A DNA stretch of 26,654 bases from Spirochaetota bacterium (GTDB lineage: Bacteria > Spirochaetota > UBA4802 > UBA5550), in NCBI GenBank assembly GCA_050298055.1, contig JBNKTL010000054.1, positions 5,962 through 32,615 of the forward strand, given 5' to 3'. Both the position numbers and the translations under genes were made by a program. Positions within the stretch are counted from its first letter, which is position 1, and the number at the start of each line of letters is the position of its first letter. The notes under the pieces were generated by a model, which did no database searches, was not told the DNA's origin, and saw only the letters and a list, made by a program, of their open reading frames with translations. Of this stretch, positions 26,201 through 26,654 are shown one piece after another.

Positions 26201-26268
26201 TGACCCTTGTGGTAGTGCCTGTATTGAGCTATTTATTGTTTAAATACGATTTAAGGAGCAATCAATGA
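23215..26268 (+). CDS. RND transporter permease subunit 2 (AcrB/AcrD/AcrF family)
   Basis: 1017 aa. YPGIAPEKIE, TM4 GMIVDNGIVIAE, TM10 GIVVNNGIILVN, RFRPVLITT. Starts 1 bp after subunit 1. Confidence 0.95.
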   Translation: MKYFIKNHISAFMLFLGLLIFGLIGLSRLTVSLMPQSSYPAISVIIEYPGIAPEKIETIITKPVEKIIKTVSGIEKVNSISEEGKSRINISFEIDADIKISALKVREKIGLIRPYFPDEVQEPVVVRYDPTDRPVIIATVESEGKSPEETREIVERKIKPKLQRIEGVSEINIAGGLQREIHINVDSGKLFARDISFRDISPLIQKSNISLPGGIVRSNNRDYIVYTSCRYRSLDEISGTVIMKASRGSLININDIAKVKNSYRDKEDIARLNGRERITLYIHKAGDANTLDVCNKAADLLSKNKYADSTLVYNQGEYIQASINNVVSSGIWGVVIVILVLSLFIKRIGISFTIGFSMPVTLVIVFAFMYFFGLSINIMSLSGLALGAGMIVDNGIVIAESVYSGEEIDDTGIYERVSSVRNAIISSTLTTIVVFFPIVFSNAEAKRTYTDLAFTVSSALLISLLTAVVLIPSVFSALEKYNTRKRSFKLPGFLNELKKFYRFLKNRVEEGEEYLLEKYRGLLDYSFSNTGKVISVVLVMSFVSLAIYTLIKKEYVDPSGRKEFYVYLEFPTGTSLNYTNAAVKEAEKYIRSLDVSEKLSTKVEKWRGTLSIELKDRFSSADEQLEIKGKIKKNVNRLLKQYNGFVFITEADEVSAKELNIVFIGNDNSRLQKLARNAAGQIAKIPSITDCVLRFREGRPEYRIYVQRDKASLSMITPAILTDFFRSAVFGPVVTKYIDNDREVDVRMRFNRDQRDSIDKILNYQVRNLNGVTIPVKEVVNIREEAGPTKIWRQNGRRSVTITAKIGSLTYDEASRHITQALKKVKFPAEYTYEFGENLKKIKKNRKGMMIAIGLAIVLVYMVLASLFESIRLPFIIMTTVPLALIGVIFTLFITSSSINISVYIGLIVLAGIVVNNGIILVNSINNGYRLNEMNGENIDIYIKNICYKRFRPVLITTLTTILGLFPMLIKSGEGSNLWRPLSLTVISGLLFSTLLTLVVVPVLSYLLFKYDLRSNQ

Positions 26269-26654
26269 AAAGTAAAGTCCTGATAAAGATATTTACGGGT
26301 ATTATTGCCCTGTTGTTACTGGACAGGTTTAACGGTTTACTGATATTTGAGGCCAGTCTTCACAGTCTCATTAACCTGTTGATCATTTTGATTTTAACTC
26401 TCAATATAATCAATATCTTTACTGATGATAAAAAGAGAGTGTCCCAATTGGATTATTTATTGTTAGCGTTTCTCTATTTATCGGGGATCAATACTCATGA
26501 TAAATTCAGATTTTTTCTTTTTCTTTCACTGTTGTTTTTATTTTATCTATTCAAAATCATCGGGTTGACACGGGTAGCTATTCCGGTTGACCGGATAGCG
26601 ATTTTTGTTTTTCTATACGTTGGTGTAAAATCAGCCCGAATTACAATGATAGTA
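26265..26654 (+). CDS. Polytopic membrane protein, 3'-truncated by the window edge (absent from the ORF track)
   Basis: ATGA overlap with the RND2 stop and an AAGGAG RBS. 130 open codons, MKSKVLIKIFTGIIALLLLDRFNGLLIF..., with several hydrophobic segments. Confidence 0.75.
   Translation, partial: MKSKVLIKIFTGIIALLLLDRFNGLLIFEASLHSLINLLIILILTLNIINIFTDDKKRVSQLDYLLLAFLYLSGINTHDKFRFFLFLSLLFLFYLFKIIGLTRVAIPVDRIAIFVFLYVGVKSARITMIV

Overview
Bacterial chromosomal window, probably Spirochaetota. This is inferred from a Treponema/Borrelia-type CheY with its N-terminal extension, a HATPase-HDOD fusion and several lipoproteins. The left half (1-13433) holds housekeeping and envelope genes: rsgA (partial), an MlaF-like ABC ATPase, a PfkB kinase, a DHH/NrnA phosphoesterase, glyQ, a HATPase-HDOD protein, a peptidase/TolB-propeller/Omp85 fusion, cheY, a tail-anchored hypothetical, hisF and a CsgG-like lipoprotein. 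It also carries two inverted, diverged copies of a 140-bp MITE-like element with a GC-rich central hairpin (copy 1 has an 8-bp target duplication) and a dRS3/REP-like palindrome. An 828-bp AT-rich spacer follows, with a sigma70-like promoter preceded by a 21-bp-period LytTR-type direct repeat. After it lies a co-directional export locus: SurA-like chaperone, TPR lipoprotein, lipoprotein, TolC, STAS, RND adaptor, two RND permeases and a membrane protein (partial). The most unusual feature is the adaptor, whose cytoplasmic N-terminus resembles an internal CheA domain ending in an MshEN-like motif and sits directly behind a STAS gene. This suggests a chemosensory-operon fragment grafted onto a tripartite exporter. 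All calls come from motif recognition by eye; no database searches were run.
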